Shown in pieces: positions 20,783-31,357 of a stretch of 64,000 bases of DNA. A program made the position numbers and the translations under genes. This DNA comes from a bacterium. GTDB lineage: Bacteria; UBA8248. The notes under the pieces were generated by a model that saw only the letters and a program-made list of their open reading frames with translations, searched no databases and was not told the DNA's origin. Each line of letters begins with the position of its first letter. Positions within the stretch are counted from its first letter, which is position 1. The stretch lies in the NCBI GenBank assembly GCA_965213685.1, contig CBDBZY010000016.1, positions 448,001 to 512,000 of the forward strand, read 5' to 3'.

Positions 20783-23700
20783 CTATTGGTTCCATATGTT
20801 TGGCTGGTTGACTGTCCATATATAGGACTGGTTTGGTGTTGGTGGTTTTCTCTGAACCAGAGGAGACTGGTCTGAGCTCCCTCTTGTGCTGGTCTTGGTG
20901 ACACTCTGCTGTGTTGAAGAGCGTGCATAGCTCTGTGAGCTGCTCTGAGCTTCTTCACTTGAGTTGGTGCTGGTGGTGGAGTTAGTGTGCTTGGGTCGGT
21001 AGCGATTCCTCTCGCGGTCCCTCCCAAAAGCTTCCACGCCCTCCACAAAGAGTCGGTATTCCTCATCAGCAGATGACAAAGGAGGGGCTTCAGATGTCTC
21101 CTCATCTGTGTCTTTAGGAAAGGGTACCAGTGGTGACCTCTCAGATGCATTGATACCTATACATCGAGACAGACATGACCTAAAAGACAGTTTGCTGTTC
21201 TTGGCTATTCGGTATATTACATAACAGATCATGTAGAAGAGAGGACAGAAGATGAGGATATACTGAAGTGCAAAGGCCCAACTAGATAGTGGAATGCCTA
21301 TTGCTGTGTAATGGATGTTGTTCATACTGAGAACATTGATCAGTGCAAGGATTCCAAGAATTGTGGCATCAACATTATTGTAGAAGTCTTTCTTGTATGG
21401 TCTGATGACAGCAAATAGGAGAATTCCAACTGTGCACACCAACTGCTGGACAACATATTGCTGAAAATATGTGGAAGTATAGATATAGGAAGTGAATATT
21501 ACTGTGCGCAGAAGGAAATAGAGCCCGGCAAAGTATCGGCAATCTCTTGTTCCATTTGTTCCATCTTTAAAGCAACCTTGGAATGTATCGAGAAACACCT
21601 GCATACGTCCACCAGCTTGGAAAAACTGACCACAACAACCAAGCCTTCTAGTCAGACTCTCTACTAACTTCAGTGGGTAGACGAAGAGGATCAGAGGTGG
21701 GAGTAGTACGAATGTGATCATCACAAACATGGCCATTATGAAGTATGGGATGTGCTCCTTGCCAAGGTATTCTGTGCCTCCTTGAAAATAGAGATGATTA
21801 CCTGCTCTTGGTCCTGTGGAGTCCTGCACAGTTGTAGGAGTGAGCAGGTAGGTAGAAATCACAGTGAACTTGGTATATGAAAGGACAAGAAATGTGGAAA
21901 AAGCATCAATGGTGGACCTATTCAAGTTCCAGCGTCGTTGGAACGAGCCAAAAATACGATGCACTGGTTTACAGAGACAGAAGATTGGCTGTATGCCACG
22001 TTCATACAGTGACACTGTGCAGTAGAACACCAGTATCAGAAGCAGAGGATAAACAGCAAGGACATACTGTAGAGACAGCATTCCTAGGGTGTCTACATCA
22101 GGGCTGATGCAGAAAGGTGGCATAACAGAAGTGAAAAAGTTCAGATTCCAAATGTCGTATGGTACTTCATAGATCTTTTGCAGAGAATTGGCACTGCTAG
22201 TGACGTTTCTTATAGGGACAGTCTTATCTCCATCTATATCGAATGTTGTTGTTAGAAGTTGAGCAAAAAAGATGAAGCCATTTGCGCTGCCTCTAGTAAC
22301 ACTGATGTGGAAGAGGACAACAATGAAGAAGAATATAGTGATAGGGAGGATCTCTAACAGCAGGTAATAGACCCAGTGGTACAGGGCCTGCTTGTGAGTG
22401 CACTTCACACAGTCAAAGGTATTTGAGTTGATGGCAGGGGCATACCCCTTAACACACTGTCCACAAAACATTCCTGTCCTGTTAGCAGGATGGCAGAGCA
22501 CTTGATCTAGCTCAGAACTTTTGTTGGGCAGCTTCATGTACTCCTCCTCCATATGCACAGCAGTGTAGGGACACAGCCCCACAACAAGCTGGCCTGATGA
22601 CTTGTCTATCCCCATCCACTGCCCTCTCCTCAGTTTCACTGAGAAATCCGCCTGATTGCACCTTACCACTCCACCATAGTTACCAGTACACACACACTGT
22701 GTGTTGTTGTGTGTGTCATTCTGAGGGGAAAATCCCGGGGGGCAGGGAAGAATTTCTACTACAATTTCAGTGTAGAGCACTCGAGGATTGATTGTTTCTA
22801 TTGCTAGCAGAGCAGTTGAGTTTGGTTCTCCAGTTAGCTCAACAGTATTGTCTGAAACATAGGTATAGGCACTTGGAATCTGCGCAGTGTCTGGAGAGTG
22901 TGACCACAAGTTGAACACAGCATGAGCAGTTTGGTTTTTCATTCTGTCACCCAAAACCTCAACAGGCATCAACTGTCTCTTCCCCAGTATGACCTCCATG
23001 TGGTAGGATGAATCATTCCCTGTGTTACTGAAGGCAGCCGGAGCGCTGGATATATCGTCTGAACAGTTACCTCCATCATATTCCCATGCACTGCTCCAAC
23101 AAAACACTTCCTTGCTGGGGTCGGGAACATTTTTCTTGGACATTGGGGTATAGTATGCCCAAAAACAAGGTACAAGAGATGTGCTATATATTGCATTCCC
23201 ACCATCGCTGTACAGAGCAGTATTCCCCCTGAAGTAGAAAGTGGCTGTCCAGTTCCACGGCTGTAGTAGAGGGTCACTGTACTGGATGAAGCACGTGCCA
23301 AACAGTATTAACATATGCTGCCCAACAATGTAGGAGTATATGGCACCACCATACTGGCTGGCTTTGTTGTCAATGAATATCATTTGTGTGTAGTTGTAAA
23401 CACGAATGTAGGAGGAGCTATAGAGGGCAATGGCACCGCCAGTCCTGCCCTGGTTTCCAGTGAAGTTAGCGATGCAGTAATCTAAGAAATGCATACCGCT
23501 GTCAACAACAGCCAAAGCCGATCTGTTGTTGTTTTCAAAATGGACACTATTATTAAAATGTAGAGGAAGTTTCTGTGTGTTAACTGTGCCAACGCCTATG
23601 GGTTCCCCGAGTATGGGCACCACACTGGGATAGTCAGTATTCCCTATGAATATGCAGTCAGTGAAAAGGGGAATTGTGATGGCACCTGTCCAACCTAATG

Positions 23701-24997
23701 ACCACTCTGATAAATGCACAGCACTTCCTACTCTACCCAGATTATGCAGCCACAAACAATTGTGAAACAGCAATCTGTTGGTAGCCAGGCTCCTGCTTCT
23801 CTCTCTGGCTGTATTGAAATATACCCCTCCCCCCCAGTACGCCCAGTTGTGTTGGAAAGTGCAGTTTTCAAAGAGCATGCTATTGAGGCCCATACGAGAA
23901 TCATTAGTAAATTTGTATGAGAGTTTCATTCCTCCACCGCCTGTAGTTTGGCCAGTTGTTGCACTAGCGTTGTGGAGGTATGCAGTGTTGTTATAAACCC
24001 TACAAGAGTCCATTATGAACGTGTTGTTCCAACTCAACTGCTGGAACTCTACAAACACTCCTCCTCCCCACTCTGCCTCATTGTTCTCAAACATACACCT
24101 TTCCACTGCCACTGAGCTGTTCTCAACTTCACTGAAGAACACACTCAGGCCTCCTCCGTGACCGAATGTCAGGTGGTTCGTGTCCTGGGGCAGGAGGTAG
24201 ATGTACTCCACTGGGTGCCACATGTGCCCACGATTGCCCCCAAACACACACTCACTGATCCTGTACTCCACTCCTGTGCTGTACTGTGGGGGGATGGAGG
24301 TGTTGCCTGCGTCACAGTCGCTAGGGAGTTGGGGGTCACAGAAGGGAAATTCGATGTATAGACCCCCTCCACTGGGAACCATTTCATTGTTGGGGGGTCT
24401 GTTATAGAGGAAACTGCAGTTGTGGATGTAGTTGAGTCCACCAGTAGCATACACGGCCATTCCTGTCCCTGTGCTGTTGGTGACACTTACTCCAGTCAGG
24501 TTGATGTGCTGACAGAACAGGAAGTACACGCCCACAGGAAACTGCATGAAGGAGAAGCTGTGGTCACTGAAGTTACGGCTCGTGCTGTTCTGCAGAGCCC
24601 CACAGCCAGAGAAGTGTACATTCTGGATAGTGATGTCACTGGACTGGACAAAGCTGAGGCCTGCCCCAGATTCACACGTCACTGTCACCACAGGTTGGGA
24701 TAACCAATTTACAAATGGGTCACCAGTCAGGGCTATATTGGTAAATCCAGATAAGCTAATCATGTGGTTCAGTGAGTAGTCTCCACTACTCACCTCCACC
24801 TGAGTGGAGTTTAGCACTCGCTCACTCACAGCATAGGAGAAGGTACAACAAGGGTGGGTGTGGCTTCCACAAGTGGCATTGTCAGTGGCATTGGTGTTGC
24901 TACAGTCCACATACACTGTGTGGTCATAGTGAGCAAAGGAGAGGGCACTATGAAGCACAGCTGCCACCAGCAGCCAGAACAACCTCTCAGATGTCAT
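20783..24997 (-). CDS. Receptor-like gene 3 (~1404 aa): ectodomain B, membrane domain B, tail Y with a frameshifted extreme C-terminus
   Basis: Open ORF with ATG at 24997 (MTSERL). A 4-bp insertion near 20820 changes the last ~12 aa. Confidence 0.9.
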   Translation of the reverse strand: MTSERLFWLLVAAVLHSALSFAHYDHTVYVDCSNTNATDNATCGSHTHPCCTFSYAVSERVLNSTQVEVSSGDYSLNHMISLSGFTNIALTGDPFVNWLSQPVVTVTCESGAGLSFVQSSDITIQNVHFSGCGALQNSTSRNFSDHSFSFMQFPVGVYFLFCQHINLTGVSVTNSTGTGMAVYATGGLNYIHNCSFLYNRPPNNEMVPSGGGLYIEFPFCDPQLPSDCDAGNTSIPPQYSTGVEYRISECVFGGNRGHMWHPVEYIYLLPQDTNHLTFGHGGGLSVFFSEVENSSVAVERCMFENNEAEWGGGVFVEFQQLSWNNTFIMDSCRVYNNTAYLHNASATTGQTTGGGGMKLSYKFTNDSRMGLNSMLFENCTFQHNWAYWGGGVYFNTARERSRSLATNRLLFHNCLWLHNLGRVGSAVHLSEWSLGWTGAITIPLFTDCIFIGNTDYPSVVPILGEPIGVGTVNTQKLPLHFNNSVHFENNNRSALAVVDSGMHFLDYCIANFTGNQGRTGGAIALYSSSYIRVYNYTQMIFIDNKASQYGGAIYSYIVGQHMLILFGTCFIQYSDPLLQPWNWTATFYFRGNTALYSDGGNAIYSTSLVPCFWAYYTPMSKKNVPDPSKEVFCWSSAWEYDGGNCSDDISSAPAAFSNTGNDSSYHMEVILGKRQLMPVEVLGDRMKNQTAHAVFNLWSHSPDTAQIPSAYTYVSDNTVELTGEPNSTALLAIETINPRVLYTEIVVEILPCPPGFSPQNDTHNNTQCVCTGNYGGVVRCNQADFSVKLRRGQWMGIDKSSGQLVVGLCPYTAVHMEEEYMKLPNKSSELDQVLCHPANRTGMFCGQCVKGYAPAINSNTFDCVKCTHKQALYHWVYYLLLEILPITIFFFIVVLFHISVTRGSANGFIFFAQLLTTTFDIDGDKTVPIRNVTSSANSLQKIYEVPYDIWNLNFFTSVMPPFCISPDVDTLGMLSLQYVLAVYPLLLILVFYCTVSLYERGIQPIFCLCKPVHRIFGSFQRRWNLNRSTIDAFSTFLVLSYTKFTVISTYLLTPTTVQDSTGPRAGNHLYFQGGTEYLGKEHIPYFIMAMFVMITFVLLPPLILFVYPLKLVESLTRRLGCCGQFFQAGGRMQVFLDTFQGCFKDGTNGTRDCRYFAGLYFLLRTVIFTSYIYTSTYFQQYVVQQLVCTVGILLFAVIRPYKKDFYNNVDATILGILALINVLSMNNIHYTAIGIPLSSWAFALQYILIFCPLFYMICYVIYRIAKNSKLSFRSCLSRCIGINASERSPLVPFPKDTDEETSEAPPLSSADEEYRLFVEGVEAFGRDRERNRYRPKHTNSTTSTNSSEEAQSSSQSYARSSTQQSVTKTSTRGSSDQSPLVQRKPPTPNQSYIWTVNQPNIWNQ

Positions 24998-25012
24998 CAC
25001 GCTCTTCTTCAA

Positions 25013-28000
25013 TCTAGCAGGACAACAAGAGGAGGCTGATATACAATACAGTAATTAGCCACCCTATGTGTAAGGCTCCATGCACACTCTGCTAATGTCA
25101 CACTCAACACAGTAAAAACAGAACTGTTCTCTTTAGTGTTATGTGAGTTGTACCTGTGTAGCAGTGCCCATGGTTCCCTCCATGTGCTACACAATCACAA
25201 CACTTCCTTATCATGTGGCCCACAGCACAGCCCAAAACAGCTGTGATGATATGTATTACCATGCACGGATAGTTTACTATCCCATGGTATTACATGGCGT
25301 AAAGGTATTTGCTAAAGAAACAATGCCATTTTTGCTGTGAATACCATAGTCCGTATGTAAAGTGCATGGTTTGCTATACGTGACGTATGCTACTTTGTTC
25401 TGGGCTCACCTGCTGTGTGTTGAAACGCTCCCTTTTCACGTTACGTACACACGTACTGCAGCTTGTAAACTAGCTACTCAGTCCAGTTGAGCCCTATAAA
25501 ATTTCAGTCGCGAGAACAAGAAGTTATTGTACATGTCACAAGTAGAACATACAAAACATGGAGTACGCAGCGACGTTGAGTATGCATGCGATGAGAGGCT
25601 GCAACGCGTAGAGTCTACATGTACTTTGCTTACCTACCAAGTACGACTCGTTTATGCTGAGCCTCTTTCACTGTGCAAATTCTGGCCCTCTTGAAGCACT
25701 GGTATGCGTTTGCAAGTTGAATGGTGCGCCTAGAAGTAGCACACCGCCATACCATACCGCACCCTTTTGGTTGGAATTGGAATCGGAAACAAACGGAAGT
25801 GATTCCGGAATATTGAGCACAGTGCGCGCGCGATGCACGCTAGTGGCATGCGGTACTAGCTACAGTGGCAACTGCTATAAAGTACCCTTTGTTTAGCCTA
25901 CCAAGTGATGAGATTCTGCACCAATAGCTATAGGTTACAGTTCATTGAACCTACTGTATGCATTATGTGCACACTTTTTATATGCACTAACAAAAATGAT
26001 AGAAATACAATCAAACCTGCAGAAGAGTGTATTGTGTACATATTGCACACACAGTCTAGTAACAGCTTAACTATCACTGCTATTGGTTCCATATGTTCGG
26101 CTGGTTGACTGTCCATAGGACTGGTTTGGTGTTGGTGGTGTTCTCTGAACCAGAGGAGGCTGGTCTGAGCTCCCTCTTGTGCTGGTCTTGGTGACACTCT
26201 GCTGCGTTGAAGAGTGTGCATAGCTCTGTGAGCTACTCTGAGCCTCTTCACTTGAGTTGGTGCTGGTGGTGGAGTTAGTGTGCTTGGGTCGGTAGCGATT
26301 CCTCTCGCGGTCCCTCCCAAAAGCTTCCACGCCCTCCACAAAGAGTCGGTATTCCTCATCAGCAGATGACAAAGGAGGGGCTTCAGATGTCTCATCATCT
26401 GTGTCTTTAGGAAGGGGCACCAGTGGTGAGCTCTCAGACACATTGGTACCCATACATCGAGACAGACATGACCTAAAAGACTGGTCGTTGTTCTTGGCAA
26501 TTCGGTATATTACATAACAGATCATGTAGAAGAGAGGGCAGAAGATGAGGATATACTGAAGTGCAAAGGCCCAACCAGAGAGTGGAATACCTATTGATGT
26601 GTAGTGGATGTTGTACATACTGAAGACATTGATCAGTGCAAGGATTCCAAAAATCGTGGCATCAACATTATTGTAGAAGTCTTTCTTGTATGGTCTGATG
26701 ACAGCAAATAGGAGAATTCCAATTGTGCACACCAACTGCTGGACAACGTATTGCTGAAACCATGTGGAAGTATAGACATAGGAAGTGAATATTACTGTGC
26801 GCAGAAGGAAATAGAGCCCGGCAAAGTATCGGCAATCTCTTGTTCCATTTGTTCCATCTTTGAAGCAACCTTGGAATGTATCGAGAAACACCTGCATACG
26901 TCCACCAGCTTGGAAAAACTGACCACAGCAGCCAAACCTTATAGTCAGACTCTCTACTAACTTCAGTGGGTAGACGAAGAGGATCAGAGGTGGGAGCAGT
27001 ACGAATGTGATGATCACAAACATGGCCATTATGAAGTATGGGATGTGCTCCTTGCCAAGGTATTCTGTGCCTCCTTGAAAATAGAGATGATTACCTGTTC
27101 TTGGTCCTGTGGAGTCTTGGATGGTTGTAGGAGTGAGGAGGTAGATAGAAACCATGGTGAATTTGGTATACGAAAGGACAAGAAATGTGGAAAAGGCGTC
27201 AATGGTGGATCGATTCAAATTCCAGCGTCGTTGGAATGAGCCAAAAATACGATGCACTGGTTTACAGAGACAGAAGATTGGCTGTATGCCACGTTCATAC
27301 AGTGACACTGTGCAGTAGAACACCAGTATCAGAAGCAGAGGATAAACAGCAAGGACATACTGTAGAGACAGCACTCCTAGGGTGTCTACATCAGGGCTGA
27401 TGCAGAAAGGTGGCACAACAGAAGTGAAAAAGTTTAGATTCCAAATATCGTATGGTACTTCATAGATTTTCTGTAGAGTAATGGCACTGCTAGTGACATT
27501 TTTTAAAGGGACAGTCTTGTCTCCATCTATTTCAAACGTTGTTGTCAGCAGCTGAGCAAAGAAGATGAATCCATTAGCGCTGCCTCTGGTGACACTGATG
27601 TGGAAGAAGATGGCGATGAAGAAGAAAATAGTGACAGGGAGGATCTCTAACAGCAGGTAATAGACCCAGTGGTACAGGGCCTGCTTGTGAGTGCACTTCA
27701 CACAGTCAAAGGTATTTGAGTTGATTGCAGGGGCATAACCTTTTTGACACTGTCCACAAAACATGCCCTGCCTGTTGACAGGATGGCAAAAGAACTCATC
27801 CAGCTCAGTGCTTCTGTTGGGCAATTTCACATACTCTGCATTTGTCACCATGGTAGTGTAAGAACTTGTTCCAACCACAAGCTTGCCAGTTGATCTATCT
27901 ACCCCCATCCACAGCCCTCTCCTCAGTTCTGCTGTGAAGTCTTCCTGGTTACATCTTAATACTCCACCATAGTTACCAGTACACACACAGAGTGTGTTGT

Positions 28001-31000
28001 TGTGTGTGTCATTCTGAGGGGAAAATCCCGGGGGGCAGGGAAGAATTTCTACTACAATTTCAGTGTAGAGTACTCGAGGATTGATTGTTTCTATTGCTAG
28101 CAGAGCAGTTGAGTTTGGTTCTCCAGTTAGCTCAACAGTATTGTCTGAAACATAGGTATAGGCACTTGGAATCTGCGCAGTGTCTGGAGAGTGTGACCAC
28201 AAGTTGAACACAGCATGAGCAGTTTGGTTTTTCATTCTATCGCCCAAAACCTCAACAGGCATCAACTGTCTCTTCCCCAGTATGACCTCCATGTGGTAGG
28301 ATGAATCATTCCCTGTGTTACTGAAGGCAGCCGGAGCGCTGGATATATCATCTGAACAGTTACCTCCATCATATTCCCATGCGCTGCTCCAACAAAACAC
28401 ATCCCGTTGAGGGTCGGGAACTTTCTTCTTGGACATTGGGGTATAGTATCCCCAAAGACAAGGTACAAGAGATGTGCTATATATTGCATTCCCACCATCA
28501 CTGTACAGAGCAGTATTCCCCCTGAAGTAGAAAGTGGCTGTCCAGTTCCATGGCTGTAGTAGAGGGTCACTGTACTGGATGAAGCATGTGCCAAACAGCA
28601 TTAACATATGCTGCCCAACAATGTAGGAGTATATGGCGCCACCATACTGGCCAGCTATGTTGTCAATGAATATCATTTGTGTGTAGTTGTAAACACGAAT
28701 GTAGGAGGAGCTATAGAGAGCAATGGCACCACCAGTCCTGCCCTGGTTTCCAGTGAAGTTAGCAATGCAGTAATCTAAGAAATGCACACCGCTGTCAACA
28801 ACAGCCAAAGCCGATCGGTTATTGTTTTCAAAATGGACACTGTTATTAAAATGTAGAGGAAGTTTCTGTGTGTTAACTGTGCCAACGCCTATGGGCTCCC
28901 CGAGTATGGACACCACACTGGGATAGTCAGTATTCCCTATGAATATGCAGTCAGTGAAAAGGGGAACTGTGATGGCACCTGTCCAACCTAATGACCACTC
29001 TGATAAATGCACAGCACTTCCTACTCTACCCAGATTATGCAGCCACGAACAATTGTGAAACAGCAATCTGTTGGTAGCCAGGCTCCTGCTTCTCTCTCTG
29101 GCTGTATTGAAGTATACCCCTCCCCCCCAGTACGCCCAGTTGTGTTGGAAAGTGCAGTTTTGAAAGAGCATGTTATTGAGGCCCATACGAGAATCATTAG
29201 TAAATTTGTATGCGAGTTTCATTCCTCCACCGCCTGTAGTTTGGCCAGTTGTTGCAGTAGCGTTGTAGAGGTATGCAGTGTTGTTATAAACTCTACAAGA
29301 GTCCATTATGAACGTGTTGTTCCAACTCAAATGCTGGAACTCTACAAACACTCCTCCTCCCCACTCTGCCTCATTGTTTTCAAACACACACCTTTCCACT
29401 GCCACTGAGCTGTTCTCAACTTCACTGAAGAACACACTCAGGCCTCCTCCGTGACCGAATGTCAGGTGGTTGGTGTCCTGGGGCAGGAGGTAGATGTACT
29501 CCACTGGGTGCCACATGTGCCCACGATTGCCCCCAAACACACACTCACTGATCCTGTACTCCACTCCTGTGCTGTACTGTGGGGGGATGGAGGTGGTGCC
29601 TGCGTCACAGTCGCTAGGGAGTTGGGGGTCACAGAAGGGAAATTCGATGTATAGACCCCCTCCACTGGGAACCATTTCATTGTTGGGGGGTCTGTTGTAG
29701 AGGAAAGTGCAGTTGTTGATGTAGTTGAGTCCACCAGTAGCATACACGGCCATTCCTGTCCCTGTGCTGTTGGTGACACTCACTCCAGTCAGGTTGATGT
29801 GCTGACAGAACAGGAAGTACACGCCCACAGGAAACTGCATGAAGGAGAAGCTGTGGTCACTGAAGTTACGGCTCGTGCTGTTCTGCAGAGCCCCACAGCC
29901 AGAGAAGTGTACATTCTGGATAGTGATGTCACTGGACTGGACAAAGCTGAGGCCTGCCCCAGATTCACACGTCACTGTCACCACAGCTTGGGATAACCCA
30001 TTTACAAATGGGTCAACACCAGTCAGGGCTATATTGGTAAATCCAGATAAGCTAATCATGTGGTTCAGTGAGTAGTCTCCACTACTCACCTCCACCTGAG
30101 TGGAGTTTAGCACTCGCTCACTCACAGCATAGGAGAAGGTACGACAAGGGTGGGTGTGGCTTCCACAAGTGGCATTGTCACTGGCATTGGGGTTGCTACA
30201 GTCCACATATACTGTGTGCTCATAGTGAGCAAAGGAGAGGGCACTATGCAGCACAGCTGCCACCAGCAACCAGAACAACCTCTCAGATGTCATCATGCTC
30301 TTCTTTAATCTAGCAGGACAACAAGAGGAGGGCTGATATATACAATACAGTAATTAGCCACTCTATGTGTAAGGCTCCATGCACACTCTGCTAATGTCAC
30401 ACTCAACACAGTAAAAACAGAACTGTTCTCTTTAGTGTTATGTTGTACCTGTGTAGCAGTGCCCATGGTTCCCTCCATGTGCTACACAATCACAACACTT
30501 CCTTATCATGTGCCCCACAGCACAGCCCAAAACAGCTGTGATGATATGTATTACCATGCACGGATAGTTTACTATCCCATGGTATTACATGGCGTAAAGG
30601 TATTTGCTAAAGAAACAATGCCATTTTTGCTGTGAATACCATAGTCCGTATGTAAAGTGCATGGTTTGCTATACGTGATGTATGCTACTTTGTTCTGGGC
30701 TCACCTGCTGTGTGTTGAAACGCTCCCTTTTCACGTTACGTACACACGCACTGCAGCTTGTAAACTAGCTACTCAGTCCAGTTGAGCCCTATAAAATTTC
30801 AGTCGCGAGAACAAGAAGTTATTGTACATGTCACAAGTAGAACATACAAAACCAAACATGGAGTACGCAGCGACGTTGAGTATGCGATGAGAGGCTGCAA
30901 CGCGTAGAGTCTACATGTACTTTGCTTACCTACCAAGTACGACTCGTTTATGCTGAGCCTCTTTCACTGTGCAAATTCTGGCCCTCTTGAAGCACTGGTA

Positions 31001-31357
31001 TGCGTTTGCAAGTTGAATGGTGCGCCTAGAAGTAGCACACCGCCATACCGCACCCTTTTGGTTGGAATTGGAATAGGAAACAAACGGAAGTGATTCCGGA
31101 ATATTGAGCACAGTGCGCGCGCGATGCACGCTAGTGGCATGCGGTACTAGCTACAGTGGCAACTGCTATATAGTACCCTTTGTTTAGCCTACCAAGTGAT
31201 GAGATTCTGCACCAATAGCTATAGATTACAGTTCATTGAACCTATTGTATGCATTATGTGCACACTTTTTATATGCACTAACAAAAATGATAGAAATACA
31301 ATCAAACCTGCAGAGGAGTGTATTGTGTACATATTGCACACACAGTCTAGTAAGAGC
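25013..31357. repeat. Recent ~5.29-kb tandem duplication
   Basis: The intergenic spacers 25013-26066 and 30297-31357 are nearly identical by eye. Confidence 0.85.
26067..30296 (-). CDS. Receptor-like gene 4 (1409 aa): ectodomain B, membrane domain B, tail Y
   Basis: Open ORF in a ~5.29 kb tandem unit with gene 3. Confidence 0.9.
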   Translation of the reverse strand: MMTSERLFWLLVAAVLHSALSFAHYEHTVYVDCSNPNASDNATCGSHTHPCRTFSYAVSERVLNSTQVEVSSGDYSLNHMISLSGFTNIALTGVDPFVNGLSQAVVTVTCESGAGLSFVQSSDITIQNVHFSGCGALQNSTSRNFSDHSFSFMQFPVGVYFLFCQHINLTGVSVTNSTGTGMAVYATGGLNYINNCTFLYNRPPNNEMVPSGGGLYIEFPFCDPQLPSDCDAGTTSIPPQYSTGVEYRISECVFGGNRGHMWHPVEYIYLLPQDTNHLTFGHGGGLSVFFSEVENSSVAVERCVFENNEAEWGGGVFVEFQHLSWNNTFIMDSCRVYNNTAYLYNATATTGQTTGGGGMKLAYKFTNDSRMGLNNMLFQNCTFQHNWAYWGGGVYFNTARERSRSLATNRLLFHNCSWLHNLGRVGSAVHLSEWSLGWTGAITVPLFTDCIFIGNTDYPSVVSILGEPIGVGTVNTQKLPLHFNNSVHFENNNRSALAVVDSGVHFLDYCIANFTGNQGRTGGAIALYSSSYIRVYNYTQMIFIDNIAGQYGGAIYSYIVGQHMLMLFGTCFIQYSDPLLQPWNWTATFYFRGNTALYSDGGNAIYSTSLVPCLWGYYTPMSKKKVPDPQRDVFCWSSAWEYDGGNCSDDISSAPAAFSNTGNDSSYHMEVILGKRQLMPVEVLGDRMKNQTAHAVFNLWSHSPDTAQIPSAYTYVSDNTVELTGEPNSTALLAIETINPRVLYTEIVVEILPCPPGFSPQNDTHNNTLCVCTGNYGGVLRCNQEDFTAELRRGLWMGVDRSTGKLVVGTSSYTTMVTNAEYVKLPNRSTELDEFFCHPVNRQGMFCGQCQKGYAPAINSNTFDCVKCTHKQALYHWVYYLLLEILPVTIFFFIAIFFHISVTRGSANGFIFFAQLLTTTFEIDGDKTVPLKNVTSSAITLQKIYEVPYDIWNLNFFTSVVPPFCISPDVDTLGVLSLQYVLAVYPLLLILVFYCTVSLYERGIQPIFCLCKPVHRIFGSFQRRWNLNRSTIDAFSTFLVLSYTKFTMVSIYLLTPTTIQDSTGPRTGNHLYFQGGTEYLGKEHIPYFIMAMFVIITFVLLPPLILFVYPLKLVESLTIRFGCCGQFFQAGGRMQVFLDTFQGCFKDGTNGTRDCRYFAGLYFLLRTVIFTSYVYTSTWFQQYVVQQLVCTIGILLFAVIRPYKKDFYNNVDATIFGILALINVFSMYNIHYTSIGIPLSGWAFALQYILIFCPLFYMICYVIYRIAKNNDQSFRSCLSRCMGTNVSESSPLVPLPKDTDDETSEAPPLSSADEEYRLFVEGVEAFGRDRERNRYRPKHTNSTTSTNSSEEAQSSSQSYAHSSTQQSVTKTSTRGSSDQPPLVQRTPPTPNQSYGQSTSRTYGTNSSDS

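Noticed and set aside
25491-25503. CTATAAAA as the TATA box of the receptor genes
   Set aside because: It is oriented away from the adjacent receptor gene in every copy, so it is recorded only as a transposon target site.
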